Both the position numbers and the translations under genes were made by a program. The notes under the pieces were generated by a model. It saw nothing but the letters and a program-made list of their open reading frames with translations. It did no database searches and was not told the origin of the DNA. From Eledone cirrhosa (lineage: Eukaryota), in assembly GCA_964016885.1 (NCBI GenBank), contig OZ024741.1:360592001-360656000 (forward strand): a DNA stretch of 64,000 nucleotides, read 5' to 3'. This document shows, in pieces, positions 41,446 to 54,300 of the stretch (the first letter of the stretch is position 1; the number at the start of each line of letters is the position of its first letter).

Positions 41446-41718
41446 CAAGGGCGGTACCAGATTATCTGGCACCCTAGGCAAGGTTAGATCCTGCTCCTCC
41501 CCGCTTCCAAGGAAAATATCAATTCCAAAATTTATAAATAATAAATTTTTTTTTTATGTTTTTTTAACATGTATTAGTCCCGAATGAAATAAACTAGGAT
41601 AATAAACGACCCTCAATAAAACTGAAATTTATTTATTTATTTTTCAAAATTGTTGTTGATTTGGAGAAATGCGCCCCAGGTGGCTGCTTATTTTGCCTAT
41701 ATGGTAGTGCCGGCCCTG
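41446..41718. mobile_element. hAT-type MITE inserted in an RTE remnant
   Basis: CAAGGGCGGTAC / GTGCCGGCCCTG termini; 8-bp flanks CTCACACC / CTTATACC. Confidence 0.6.
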
Positions 41719-43249
41719 CTTATACCCACTTTAATTAAAATACAAACATATAAACATCTATGTTGTTTGTATTTATAGATTTGTCATATGCTGTCCAAAG
41801 TTTGTGAAAATTGGTGAAGGAATGTCTAAGATGTAACCTGCTTCATCTATAATTACAATAGTTTATACATGTCACTTCTCAACCATGATGGTTCTATAAG
41901 CAATACTCCTGTGGTAAAACATTCTACATCTGATGGAAGAACTCCTCCAAAACTTACCTTCTTTACTGCACCAGGTTCCTCACCACATATACATATATAC
42001 AAAGTGCAAAAGAACTACCAGTCTCTTCAAACCAACGAAGCCATTGGTCATAACAGTGTACCTTTCCTTATCTTACCACACCTTTAAATGATATGCCTCA
42101 CAGCTAGCCTCTATCCTGACAACACCCCCCCCCCTCTCTCTCTCGCTCTCCCTCTATCTTTCTCCCATAATTAGAATCAACCAAGCACAAATCTACCCTA
42201 TAAACAATCATAATGAGACCTATAAAAACATATACAAAAATTACTGAAATGTAGAAATGTATCATAAAAATTGTACTACCAAATGTTCCATAAAAATTAC
42301 CAGTTGTACCACAGAAAGCCACCACTGTACCTACTGATAATACAGAAGACACAGACAAACCTTTATCAATAGCTGTATGGCCCAAAACTACCACTGTATC
42401 TATTGAAGTCAACCTGTAGTAACAGTTGTATCACAGAAAACCACCACTCTATCTAATGACAGTTCAAGAGATAGAGACAAACTGTACCAACAGTTGTATC
42501 ACAGTAAACTTTAAAATGTATGTACCTACTGACAATAAAACAGAAACATATGATATATTGCACACAACGTTAGATTAAGTCCATTTGAAGTCTAAGCACT
42601 TAAAAGATTATAATTCCACTCCATATATAAAGTCTGCTAAACAATTTGGGTAGAGAGGATGACAGTTATATCTAATTTGAATAAACTGATGCCCCTCGTG
42701 TGCTTATTTTGCTTAATGGTAAACCCAGCCCTAATTGGGCATATGAACAGCTGCTGTACAACTGTGAAACAACATAGAAAACAGCATTTCCTACCTTGAA
42801 TCATTCGATATATTAACTCTAGCACAATAAAATGTCAGCTTGCATTAATAAATGAATTGAATGTTGCTAGAGCAACAACAATAAATACAACACTACACTG
42901 CACCATGCTCTACACAACAATTCTACAGTACATTATGTAACACCCCAACACTACACTATGTCTGCATAATGCTTCTACACTATACTCTACTACACTACAA
43001 CACCCCAACACTACACAGCACTACACTATGTCTGCACAACACTTCTACACTACAACACCCCAACACTACACAGCAATATGTCTGCACATCACTTCTACAC
43101 TATACTCTACCTTATACAACACCCCAACAATGCACTACTCTGTGCCAATACTACACTACACCACACTAAACTACCTTTCTACATACAGTACATTATACAA
43201 CAGCCTTACACTACACAACACCTCAATGCTACCAGCACTAACACTACAA

Positions 43250-44180
43250 ACACCAACACCACCAACATGAATAATACCAACACTACCAACACCACCAGCA
43301 CCAACAACACTAACCCCCACCAACACCACCCACACCACCCACACCACTAACACCAATACCACTAACACCAATACCACCAACACCAACACCAACAACACCA
43401 ATACCACCAACACCAACACCAACAACACCAGCACCACCAACACCCCAATCACCACCAACACCAACACCAACACCACCAATACCATCAACACCAACACCAC
43501 CAACACCAACACCATCAACACCACTAACACCACCAACACCACCATCACCACCAACACCATCACCACCACCAACACCAACACCACCAACACCACCACCACC
43601 AACACCATCAACACCACCAACACCAACACCATTAACACCACCAACATCACCAACACCATCAACACCACCAACACCACCACCACCAACACCAACACCACCA
43701 CCAACACCATCACCACCACCAACACCACCAACACCATCACCAACACCAACACCAACACCACCATCACCAACAACACCACCAACATCACCAACACCATCAA
43801 CACCACCAACACCAACACCAACACCACCACCAACACCATCACCACCACCAACACCACCAACACCATCACCACCAACACCAACACCACCATCACCAACAAC
43901 ACCACCAACATCACCAACAACACCACCAACATCACCAACACCATCAACACCACCAACACCACCAACACCAACACCAACACCAACACCAACACCATCACCA
44001 CCACCAACACCACCAACACCATCACCACCAACACCAACACCACCATCACCAACAACACCACCAACATCACCAACACCATCAACACCACCAACATCACCAA
44101 CACCAACACCACCAACACCATCAACACCACCAACATCACCAACACCATCAACACCACCAACATCACCAACACCAACAACT
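43250..44180. repeat. (CCA/CAA)n compound microsatellite
   Basis: Seen directly; preceded by CACTA-type low complexity at 42885-43250. Confidence 0.95.
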
Positions 44181-44198
44181 GAGACAAATCATACTTAC

Positions 44199-44260
44199 AG
44201 ACATTTCCTGTATTGTTAAACCCAAAAATGCTATCAAAGGACACTTCTTTTGGTAAGAGT
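44199..44260 (-). CDS. CAMKMT: CAMKMT exon (FNNTGNVC motif)
   Basis: tttgtag|A...T|gtaagt; 62 nt; (R)LLPKEVSFDSIFGFNNTGNV(C); matches the family motif FDNTGNVC. Confidence 0.95.
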
Positions 44261-44411
44261 CTACAAATAGAGAAAGATAGAAGAGATGTCTGACAAATAT
44301 GGAATTATTTTTCATTTTGTCATAATTATGTAAGGAAGACAACACTTTTGATACCAACCTACTCCAAAACACCTTTGATTCTATGAAATAAAAGCACTCG
44401 TTCCTATTTAA

Positions 44412-44630
44412 CCCTTTAGCATTTAAACTGGCCATATCCGGCCAGAATCCTCTCACCTCTTTCTGTTCAAACTGGCCATAACTGGTTGCTTATACTGATG
44501 TTAAAGTATTGTTCTCAAAATAAATAATATCAAAATCTTGTAGATTCTATATTATGCGAGATAATTATGAGATAAAGTGTTTACCGTGAAAATACAATGG
44601 TAAATATAGAGTAATGTAAATGTTAAAGGG
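44412..44630. mobile_element. piggyBac-type MITE
   Basis: TTAA TSD, CCCTTTA termini. Confidence 0.88.
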
Positions 44631-45007
44631 TTAAATTAAATTTTCAAAAATAATTTATTGAGAACCTTTTGTTTAGTTATATTACAAATACCATCTTAAT
44701 AAAAAAATAATTAAACATTTTTGTAAATCCCTCCAAAATCTTTATTAATTAATTGAAAGACAATGTATTTCAGTAGAATTATGGTCATGAAAAAGTTAAA
44801 GCTATGTCTTACTAGCTGGTGTGTTCGGTTTAGGATAGACACATTATATCCTTGCATGTTGTAAAAAGCAACTAGAAGGGTTCATGTCAGGAAGACCATC
44901 CAGCTCCCAAAACATTGCCTCAAAAAGTCCTATCCAACTTATGTCAGCATGGAAAAGTTGATGTAAAAATGATAATGATCATGAACATGATGAAGATGAT
45001 GAAAATA

Positions 45008-45278
45008 TCATTTTTTCACGCTCAGAGTTGCTGAAGCATGGAACAAACTACCTGCATCAGTTGTTAGCTGTCGAGACACTGCATCCTTTAAAACCTCCAT
45101 GCTTCCCGAGATTCGCCAACACTACACCTAATGTTCCCCCTCCATACACATACACACATGTATATCATGACTCATACACTATTCACTTCCCTGACATTTG
45201 TATATTATTCTATGTACTATACATGCACCTTTGACGAGTTGTAGTGCACCTGAGCACTTAACACAATAATATTATTAT
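45008..45278 (+). mobile_element. CR1 LINE 3' end (family of 11788-12855)
   Basis: High similarity to 12568-12850. Confidence 0.9.
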
Positions 45279-45475
45279 TGGCAGTATCGGTAGAGGGTCG
45301 GACGCCATGCTTTCCAGCATAGTTACGTCCCTTTACGATCTGAGTTCAAATCCCACCGAGGTTGACTTTGCCTTTCATCCTTACGGGGTCGATAAAATAA
45401 AGTACCAGTAATGCACTGGGTAATTGCTGGCCTTGTGCCTAAAGTAGAAACAATTATTATTATTATTATTATTAT
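45278..45475 (+). mobile_element. SINE family A abutting the CR1 (ATT)n tail
   Basis: TGGCAGTATCGGTAGAG...GAGTTCAAATCC...(ATT)n. Confidence 0.85.
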
Positions 45476-46275
45476 AAAGAAAAGTTTAAAATATGTCTTA
45501 CTAATATGGAGTCATAATTTATGTAGTGAGGACTTAACCATTCGATACCAAACTGCCTGAAACTGACCCTGGATCTATGATACAAAGCAATATATTTTAA
45601 AGTGTTTATATTTATCCAAAAACTTCCCATCATAATTTTATCTAAGAACTCTTGTAAAGTTATGTTCCAAACAGCAACTTAATAATGAGAAAGTTATATT
45701 ACTAAATACCATTGATTCAATTATTGTTAATATTGTAAATAAAATTATAATTTTTTCAATGAACTTTGTAAAGTGGTTAGCAAGTTAGTGGAGACAACAT
45801 AGGTTTGGGAGGACTCTTTAGTAGGACCGATACTATCATTAGATCAACTAAGCAGCCACTGTGAGCACAGACTACAGAGAGATGCATTGCTGAATTTTAA
45901 AGGAATACAGTTTTATACAACTTTGTATGATTAAATTAAAAATATAATCATTTCCAGTGATCGGCACATAAGTCACTAAACATCTTTAATATGTAGCAGC
46001 ATTGTAGAAATATCCAAAATAGTAGAGAGGGTCATGATTTGATGTGGATGAATGTGGACTGTATAGCAGAAAATGCAGGCTTAGTCATTTTTTCATGTCA
46101 AAATGGAATGATGAATAATACACAATCATTTGAGCCTCAGACCATGACAACCCATCTAACACATGCAGGTATGAAAAATAGATGTGAAATGAGAGTAATA
46201 ATGATGATGATGTCATTTATCTATTAGTGAATTGAAGTATACAATAATGAAAGTAAATATATATGTGTGTCTGTG

Positions 46276-46307
<32 letters not shown>

Positions 46308-47364
46308 AGTGAGTGTATATATATATATATGTGTGTGTATGAGTGAGTGTATACACATAAATAATTAGTAAAAGAGAAAGGAGGAACTCTGTGCTGATGT
46401 GACATATATCAATCACTACCTCCCTATGGACAACTGACGCTGCACACCAACTCTGAACACAGAAAAATCGAACTCCCACTGTCATTGCCTCCATCTCTCT
46501 GTATTGTGAGCAAATGGGGTCCCACTTGCTGGCCACCCCACGGTCCAGGCGGACAGAATGAAGGTGTTTCCCCAGAGGATGGTAAGGGACAAGGGCCTTG
46601 TTTCAGGGAGGTACCAGGGGACAAGTCCCCCCCACACTTTTTCAAACGTCTATGTTTAATTTTTGTTTATTTGATATAATAAATTCTTTTTAAGCTTATT
46701 TTGTTATATCTGAACTTCATTTGAATATATAAAATTTAATTAGCATAAAATTTTACTTGTGTTAGGCTCTAGGAAAGGCACCATAAGCAATTTACGCTCC
46801 TTTAAGAATCAACAAATGTTTGTTTGTGCCCCCCCCCCCACATTTTAAAGACAAACGAGACCCCTGGTGAGGGAGATGTGCTGGAAGAGCCATTCCATCT
46901 CGCGAAGCTCACATCTACGGCTAGCCAGCTCAGTGCCTATGATAGTAAATAGGGAGGTATCCCTAGGGCCAAGGACACCAGAAGTCTCCACTGCTAGGAG
47001 CTCGATTGCAAATCTGTTGGAGAGTGACCAGTATTTTTTTTAAAGGGTTGAAATAATAAAAAGGAAGAAAGAAAAAGGTGGAAGAGGATAGAAAAAAAAT
47101 TAAATAATGGAAAAAGAGGAAAGGAGAAGGGAGGGAGTAAATACCCTTGGCTGAGTGGTATATCTCAGCCACAGCCTGTAAATAAGATGGTGAAACTATT
47201 AATTTGAAGAACAGCCAGCAACACCTGCTGCATCAGTCATTCTACCCTCATTAGTCTCCTTCCTCAGGCAGCAATAAATATAATTTTACTATATGAAACA
47301 ATATTAGCTGAAGAATAATTGCTGTGATGTTATATTGATTGGCTTTACTGAGCCACAGGATTAA

Positions 47365-47617
47365 CCCTTTAGCATTTAAACCGGTTGTATCCGGCCAGAA
47401 TTCTCTCACTTCTTTCTGTTCAAACTGGCTGTAACCAGCCGCTCTTACTGATGTTAAGTATTATTCTCGACATAAATAATATCAAAATCTCATAGATTCA
47501 ATATTATGTAAGATAATTATGTGAGGTAAAGCTTTTACCATGAAAATATAATAGTAAATATAGAATAATCATCATTTAATGTCCATATTCCATGCTAGCA
47601 TGGTAAATACTAAAGGG
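47365..47617. mobile_element. piggyBac-type MITE with a 36-bp RTE tail insertion (about 47568-47603)
   Basis: TTAA TSD; ATCATCATTTAATGTCC...CCATGCTAGCATGG interrupts the consensus. Confidence 0.8.
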
Positions 47618-48443
47618 TTAAAAGTTCCAATCTTACCAAAGCCATTGTATTATTCTTGTCCAAGGGCAGTGGATTGACATTGGACAATATGCTTTACAGT
47701 ATTTAGATATGACCTACATTCTGAGTTCAAATATCGTCTAGGTCAATTTTGTCTTTCATCCTTCTGGGGTCAATAAAATAAAGTACCAGTTAAGTACTGA
47801 GGTCAGTGTAATAGACTTTCCCCTTCCCCGTCCAAATCCTGCTGAGGTGAACTTTGCTTTTCACCCTTTCTGAGTTAATAAAATAAAGTACCAGTCAACT
47901 ACTGAGTTTCACTACCCTCGAATTGCTGACCTTTTGTCTAAATTAGAAACTGTTATTTCTCTGATCAAGGCAAATAACTCGACTTGCTACAGTTTGCATG
48001 ACTGAACAAAACAATAAACTCCCCACTTATTTCACAGTTGAGTGGTTACTGGCAGAAAAAGCACCTGAATGCAAAATCAATTGCTCCAACAAACAAACCT
48101 TAGTAATATTATTAGAACTATTTTGCATACGCATTAATGCACGAGTGTTATGTCTAACATCTTTAGTGTAGGCATACAATATACATCCACTTCACTTCTA
48201 TTTCAGTTTGGCCAACTAAAAAAGAGGTCTGCCTGTGAAGATATATCTCCACAATAAATAAATCTGTATAATAATGGTCGAACTAGATTCTTTGTCCCCC
48301 AATTACAATCTCACAAAAATGTTCTAAAATTTTCATTTAGAATTCATGGAACACAAATGTTAGATAAAGAAATGGAGGTATGTTTTTTGTTAATGATGAT
48401 GTCTATCTGTCTTCCTCTTACTCTCTCTATCTATTGATCTATT

Positions 48444-48481
<38 letters not shown>

Positions 48482-48482
<1 letters not shown>

Positions 48483-48795
48483 CATCATCATCATTTTACG
48501 TCCATTTTTCCCTGATTGCAAGGGTGGGATGGGATCTGATTCTGGCTTGATTTCTACAGCTGGATGCCCTTCCTAACACCAACCTCATTTACAGTGAGTG
48601 CTGGGTGCTTTTATGCCGGGGCACCGCCACGACCACTTTGCAGTGGAATGATATGAACCCCAGTCCCTATCATCTCATTTCTACAGCTGAGTAAACTGGA
48701 GCAATGTGAAATAAAGTGTCTTGCTCAAGGAAACAACACATCACCCGGTCTGAGAATTGAACTCACAACCTTTCGATTGCAAACCCAATGCTTCT
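48482..48795 (-). mobile_element. SINE family B with RTE-derived tail
   Basis: Close to 15790-16123. Confidence 0.85.
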
Positions 48796-48993
48796 ATTGG
48801 GGAATGATTTACTACAGAGATCACAATGAAATGGTTTCTCTTCTTTATGAATACATTTATGTTGAGTTATGTGATGATTTTGAGAGAATGATTTACCACA
48901 GATATCACAGATATCACAATGCTATGGTTTGTCTTCTGTATGAATGCGTTGATATGGTTTCTCCTCCATGTAAATACTTTCGAGTTTATTTAA

Positions 48994-49205
48994 CCCTTTA
49001 GCATTTTCATTACTCTATATATACTATTATATTTTCACGGTAAACACTTTATCTTACAAAATTATTTCCCATAATATCGAATCTGTGAGATTTTGCTATA
49101 TGTTGAGAATAATACCTTAACATATGAGTGGCAAGTTATAGCCAGTTTGAACAGAAAGAGGGGAGAGGATTCTGGCCGGATATGGCCAGTTGAAATGCTA
49201 AAGGG
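48994..49205. mobile_element. piggyBac-type MITE
   Basis: TTAA TSD, CCCTTTAGCATTT termini. Confidence 0.85.
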
Positions 49206-50325
49206 TTAACCTATTTAGATGGCAAGATTTCTGGATGGCCTTCTTATCAGCAATTACTTTACAGAGTGTGCTGGGTGCATTTTATTGTGTCACCAACAAT
49301 AGCAACAATAACATTTGTTCTTTCATGCCTTGCTATTCAGCAATTTTATTTCTTCAGTCTCCCTAAATGTAGATATTTTGACAATTGACCTATAAAACAC
49401 TCTACTCAGTTACAGCTAATCATTTCACCCAATTCCCCACAGAACAAGTTAGAACCAATCTCTATATCATGTGGCCATGTTGGAGTTTAGCCTTAAAGGG
49501 AATTTAGTCAATCATATCGACCCCAGTACTTCTTTTTCAAGTTTGGTACTTATGTTATTGATTTTTTTTTTTGGGGGGGGGGGGGGTTGTCAGACTGCCA
49601 AACCACAGATCATAAATACACACACACACACACACACAAGCATACACACGTACACCACACAGCTATGTTTGTTTATCTAAGAATAAATTCCTTCCATTTT
49701 GGTGTAAAAATAATTCTAAACAGAAACTACCAAGTTACCAAAGACAATGGTAATTGAGTAAGAGTGGTAGTGGTCATGATGGGGTTGGGTTTGAGTTGTA
49801 TTGCATTCATGTGTTCTGACAAGCTAAGAAAACAGCTGGGAATTGACAATGTCAGATGTTACACACAAGTAAGAGATTCTGGCATAACATGTGATAACAA
49901 GTATATATGGATGAGAATTTGGTCGATTATATGAAAAAAGTAGGTGGAAAAAATCATCATCATCATCATTGTTATCATGATCCTTCTCCTCCTATCATCA
50001 TCATCATTATTATCATGATCCTCCTCTTCCCACCACCACCACCACCATCATCATCATCATTATCATCATCATCATGACCATCATCATTAGCATCATGACC
50101 TCATCATTGTCATTATCATTGCCATTGTCATCATTTTTATGACAATTTTTTCCATGCTAGCATGGGTTAGATGGTACTTTCTGGAGCCATTTTTTATAGT
50201 GGCCAAATACCTTTCCTCACATCAACCCTCCCCTCTTAATTGCCCCTTACAACATACACAGATACAGTGTATCTATTCTAAAACTCAAATACATGCAATG
50301 TCCCAGGTTATATATATATATATAT

Positions 50326-50583
50326 ATAGGAAAAAGTTTAACCCTGACGGCAGAGCTCAAGCCGTTTCGATAGCTATTTCTGGACTAAATTAGAATTTTT
50401 AGCGTGGTAATAGGGCTATTTATTACCACGCTAAAAATTCTAATTTAGTCCAGAAATAGCTATCGAAACGGCTTGAGCTCTGCCATCGGGGTTAAACTTT
50501 TTCCTATTACCTACTCTACTACCCTAAGTATTGAGTACTCTGGTGAGTTATGGTCCTTCTGGTTCCTTACCGCACGTCCTTCG
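50326..50583. mobile_element. Near-perfect palindrome (87-bp arms, 8-nt spacer) plus tail, in (TA)n; Penelope-like
   Basis: 50326-50412 versus 50421-50507 with two mismatches; tail has TATTGAGTAC as in other pLTR-like remnants. Confidence 0.7.
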
Positions 50584-50604
50584 TTATATATATATATATA
50601 TATA

Positions 50605-51313
50605 TGAATAAAATGGCGAGCTGTGTGGTTGCAATTAAGTGTAATGAAAAATAAAAGTTACGGGCGAAAGAGGATAATACCATCGTCAGTTGTCAGCAGA
50701 CAACTGACGATGGATATTATCCTCTTTCGCACGTACCTTTTATTTTTCATTACACTTAATTGCAACCACACAGCTCGCCATTTTATTCACATAAGCTTCC
50801 TTCTCTGCTGTGACCTGTCTCTTTTCTCTCCCTTTGTTGCTATCCTTCTCCCTCTTACTTTCACTCACCCCCTCTGCTAGTCACCTTCTCTCGGCTAGCC
50901 TGCCACTATAACTATCTCTTTCTCGCTTCCTCTTACTTTCACTCACTCCCTCTCTGCTAGTCACCCTCTCTCCGCTAGCTCCATCCCTCGTCCGCCACTG
51001 TAAGCAGTCTCTTCTCTCTCTCATACGGCTACAGTGAAGATGTGTCTTTTTTCTCTCGTCAAACTCGTCAGATCTTATGTTCGAAATGAGTTGTTGACTT
51101 GATATTTTTCCTATTTTTCCTCTCTTTACGTTGCTTCACCTTTCGTGTCTGTTTACATCCCCCCCCCCCCTTTTTATCCCAATAACTTATTTTAGTTATT
51201 GTTCGCCCTAGGCTGAGGTATCTTGTTTCCAACGTGAAGAAATACCTATGATTCCTAGCAGACAACTGACGATGGATATTACCCTCTTTCGCCTGTAACT
51301 TTTAGTTTTCATT
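50605..51313 (+). mobile_element. Repeat with inverted plus direct terminal duplication (Penelope-like architecture)
   Basis: Palindrome 50605-50789; block GCAGACAACTGACGATGGATATTA repeated directly at about 50696 and 51258. Confidence 0.6.
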
Positions 51314-51391
51314 AAAGTACCAGTAATGCACTGGGATAATTGCTGGCCTTGTGCCTAAAGTAGAAACAATTATATATATATATATATATAA

Positions 51392-54300
51392 GGTAGATGA
51401 GACAATCAAGGCCAAGAGACATGCAACGGAATAATAGAAAAATGAGAGAAGCAGGGTACATAGAGGCCAGAAGGGAAGCTGGGTGACAAGTATACTTTGC
51501 AAGGAGAGAAGCAGGGTACATAGAGGCCAGAAGGGAAGCTGGGTGACAAGTATACTTTGCAAGGAGAGAAGCAGGGTACATAGAGGCCAGAAGGGAAGCT
51601 AGGTGACAAGTATACTTTGCAAGGAGAGAAGCAGGGTACATAGAGGCCAGAAGGGAAGCTAGGTGACAAGTATACTTTGCAAGGAGAGGAGCAGGGTACA
51701 TAGAGGCCAGAAGGGAAGCTAGGTGACAAGTATACTTTGCAAGGAGAGAAGCAGGGTACATAGAGGCCAGAAGGGAAGCTAGGTGACAGGTATACTTTGC
51801 AAGGAGAGAAGCAGGGTACATAGAGGCCAGAAGGGAAGCTAGGTGACAAGTATACTTTGCAAGGAGAGAAGCAGGGTACATAGAGGCCAGAAGGGAAGCT
51901 AGGTGACAGGTATACTTTGCAAGGAGAGAAGCAGGGTACATAGAGGCCAGAAGGGAAGCTAGGTGACAGGTATACTTTGCAAGGAGAGAAGCAGGGTACA
52001 TAGAGGCCAGAAGGGAAGCTAGGTGACAAGTATACTTTGCAAGGAGAGAAGCAGGGTACATAGAGGCCAGAAGGGAAGCTAGGTGACAAGTATACTTTGC
52101 AAGGAGAGAAGCAGGGTACATAGAGGCCAGAAGGGAAGCTAGGTGACAAGTATACTTTGCAAGGAGAGGAGCAGGGTACATAGAGGCCAGAAGGGAAGCT
52201 AGGTGACAAGTATACTTTGCAAGGAGAGAAGCAGGGTACATAGAGGCCAGAAGGGAAGCTAGGTGACAAGTATACTTTGCAAGGAGAGAAGCAGGGTACA
52301 TAGAGGCCAGAAGGGAAGCTAGGTGACAAGTATACTTTGCAAGGAGAGAAGCAGGGTACATAGAGGCCAGAAGGGAAGCTAGGTGACAGGTATACTTTGC
52401 AAGGAGAGAAGCAGGGTACATAGAGGCCAGAAGGGAAGCTAGGTGACAAGTATACTTTGCAAGGAGAGAAGCAGGGTACATAGAGGCCAGAAGGGAAGCT
52501 AGGTGACAGGTATACTTTGCAAGGAGAGAAGCGGGGTACATAGAGGCCAGAAGGGAAGCTAGGTGACAGGTATACTTTGCAAGGAGAGGAGCAGGGTACA
52601 TAGAGGCCAGAAGGGAAGCTAGGTGACAGGTATACTTTGCAAGGAGAGAAGCAGGGTACATAGAGGCCAGAAGGGAAGCTAGGTGACAAGTATACTTTGC
52701 AAGGAGAGGAGCAGGGTACATAGAGGCCAGAAGGGAAGCTAGGTGACAAGTATACTTTGCAAGGAGAGGAGCAGGGTACATAGAGGCCAGAAGGGAAGCT
52801 AGGTGACAGGTATACTTCGCAAGGAGAGAAGCAGGGTACATAGAGGCCAGAAGGGAAGCTAGGTGACAGGTATACTTCGCAAGGAGAGAAGCAGGGTACA
52901 TAGAGGCCAGAAGGGAAGCTAGGTGACAGGTATACTTTGCAAGGAGAGAAGCAGGGTACATAGAGGCCAGAAGGGAAGCTAGGTGACAGGTATACTTCGC
53001 AAGGAGAGAAGCAGGGTACATAGAGGCCAGAAGGGAAGCTAGGTGACAAGTATACTTTGCAAGGAGAGAAGCGGGGTACATAGAGGCCAGAAGGGAAGCT
53101 AGGTGACAAGTATACTTCGCAAGGAGAGAAGCAGGGTACATAGAGGCCAGAAGGGAAGCTGGGTGACAGGTATACTTTGCAAGGAGAGAAGCAGGGTACA
53201 TAGAGGCCAGAAGGGAAGCTAGGTGACAGGTATACTTTGCAAGGAGAGAAGCAGGGTACATAGAGGCCAGAAGGGAAGCTAGGTGACAGGTATACTTTGC
53301 AAGGAGAGAAGCAGGGTACATAGAGGCCAGAAGGGAAGCTAGGTGACAGGTATACTTCGCAAGGAGAGAAGCAGGGTACATAGAGGCCAGAAGGGAAGCT
53401 AGGTGACAAGTATACTTTGCAAGGAGAGGAGCAGGGTACATAGAGGCCAGAAGGGAAGCTAGGTGACAGGTATACTTTGCAAGGAGAGAAGCAGGGTACA
53501 TAGAGGCCAGAAGGGAAGCTAGGTGACAAGTATACTTTGCAAGGAGAGGAGCAGGGTACATAGAGGCCAGAAGGGAAGCTAGGTGACAAGTATACTTTGC
53601 AAGGAGAGGAGCAGGGTACATAGAGGCCAGAAGGGAAGCTAGGTGACAGGTATACTTTGCAAGGAGAGAAGCAGGGTACATAGAGGCCAGAAGGGAAGCT
53701 AGGTGACAAGTATACTTTGCAAGGAGAGGAGCAGGGTACATAGAGGCCAGAAGGGAAGCTAGGTGACAGGTATACTTTGCAAGGAGAGAAGCAGGGTACA
53801 TAGAGGCCAGAAGGGAAGCTAGGTGACAAGTATACTTTGCAAGGAGAGGAGCAGGGTACATAGAGGCCAGAAGGGAAGCTAGGTGACAGGTATACTTTGC
53901 AAGGAGAGAAGCGGGGTACATAGAGGCCAGAAGGGAAGCTAGGTGACAAGTATACTTTGCAAGGAGAGGAGCAGGGTACATAGAGGCCAGAAGGGAAGCT
54001 AGGTGACAGGTATACTTTGCAAGGAGAGGAGCAGGGTACATAGAGGCCAGAAGGGAAGCTAGGTGACAAGTATACTTTGCAAGGAGAGGAGCAGGGTACA
54101 TAGAGGCCAGAAGGGAAGCTAGGTGACAAGTATACTTTGCAAGGAGAGGAGCAGGGTACATAGAGGCCAGAAGGGAAGCTAGGTGACAAGTATACTTTGC
54201 AAGGAGAGAAGCGGGGTACATAGAGGCCAGAAGGGAAGCTAGGTGACAGGTATACTTTGCAAGGAGAGAAGCAGGGTACATAGAGGCCAGAAGGGAAGCT

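Noticed and set aside
50705-50735. CTGACGA/CTGATGA (also at 51266 and 7518) as hammerhead cores
   Set aside because: A short stem follows but there is no GAAA or stem III
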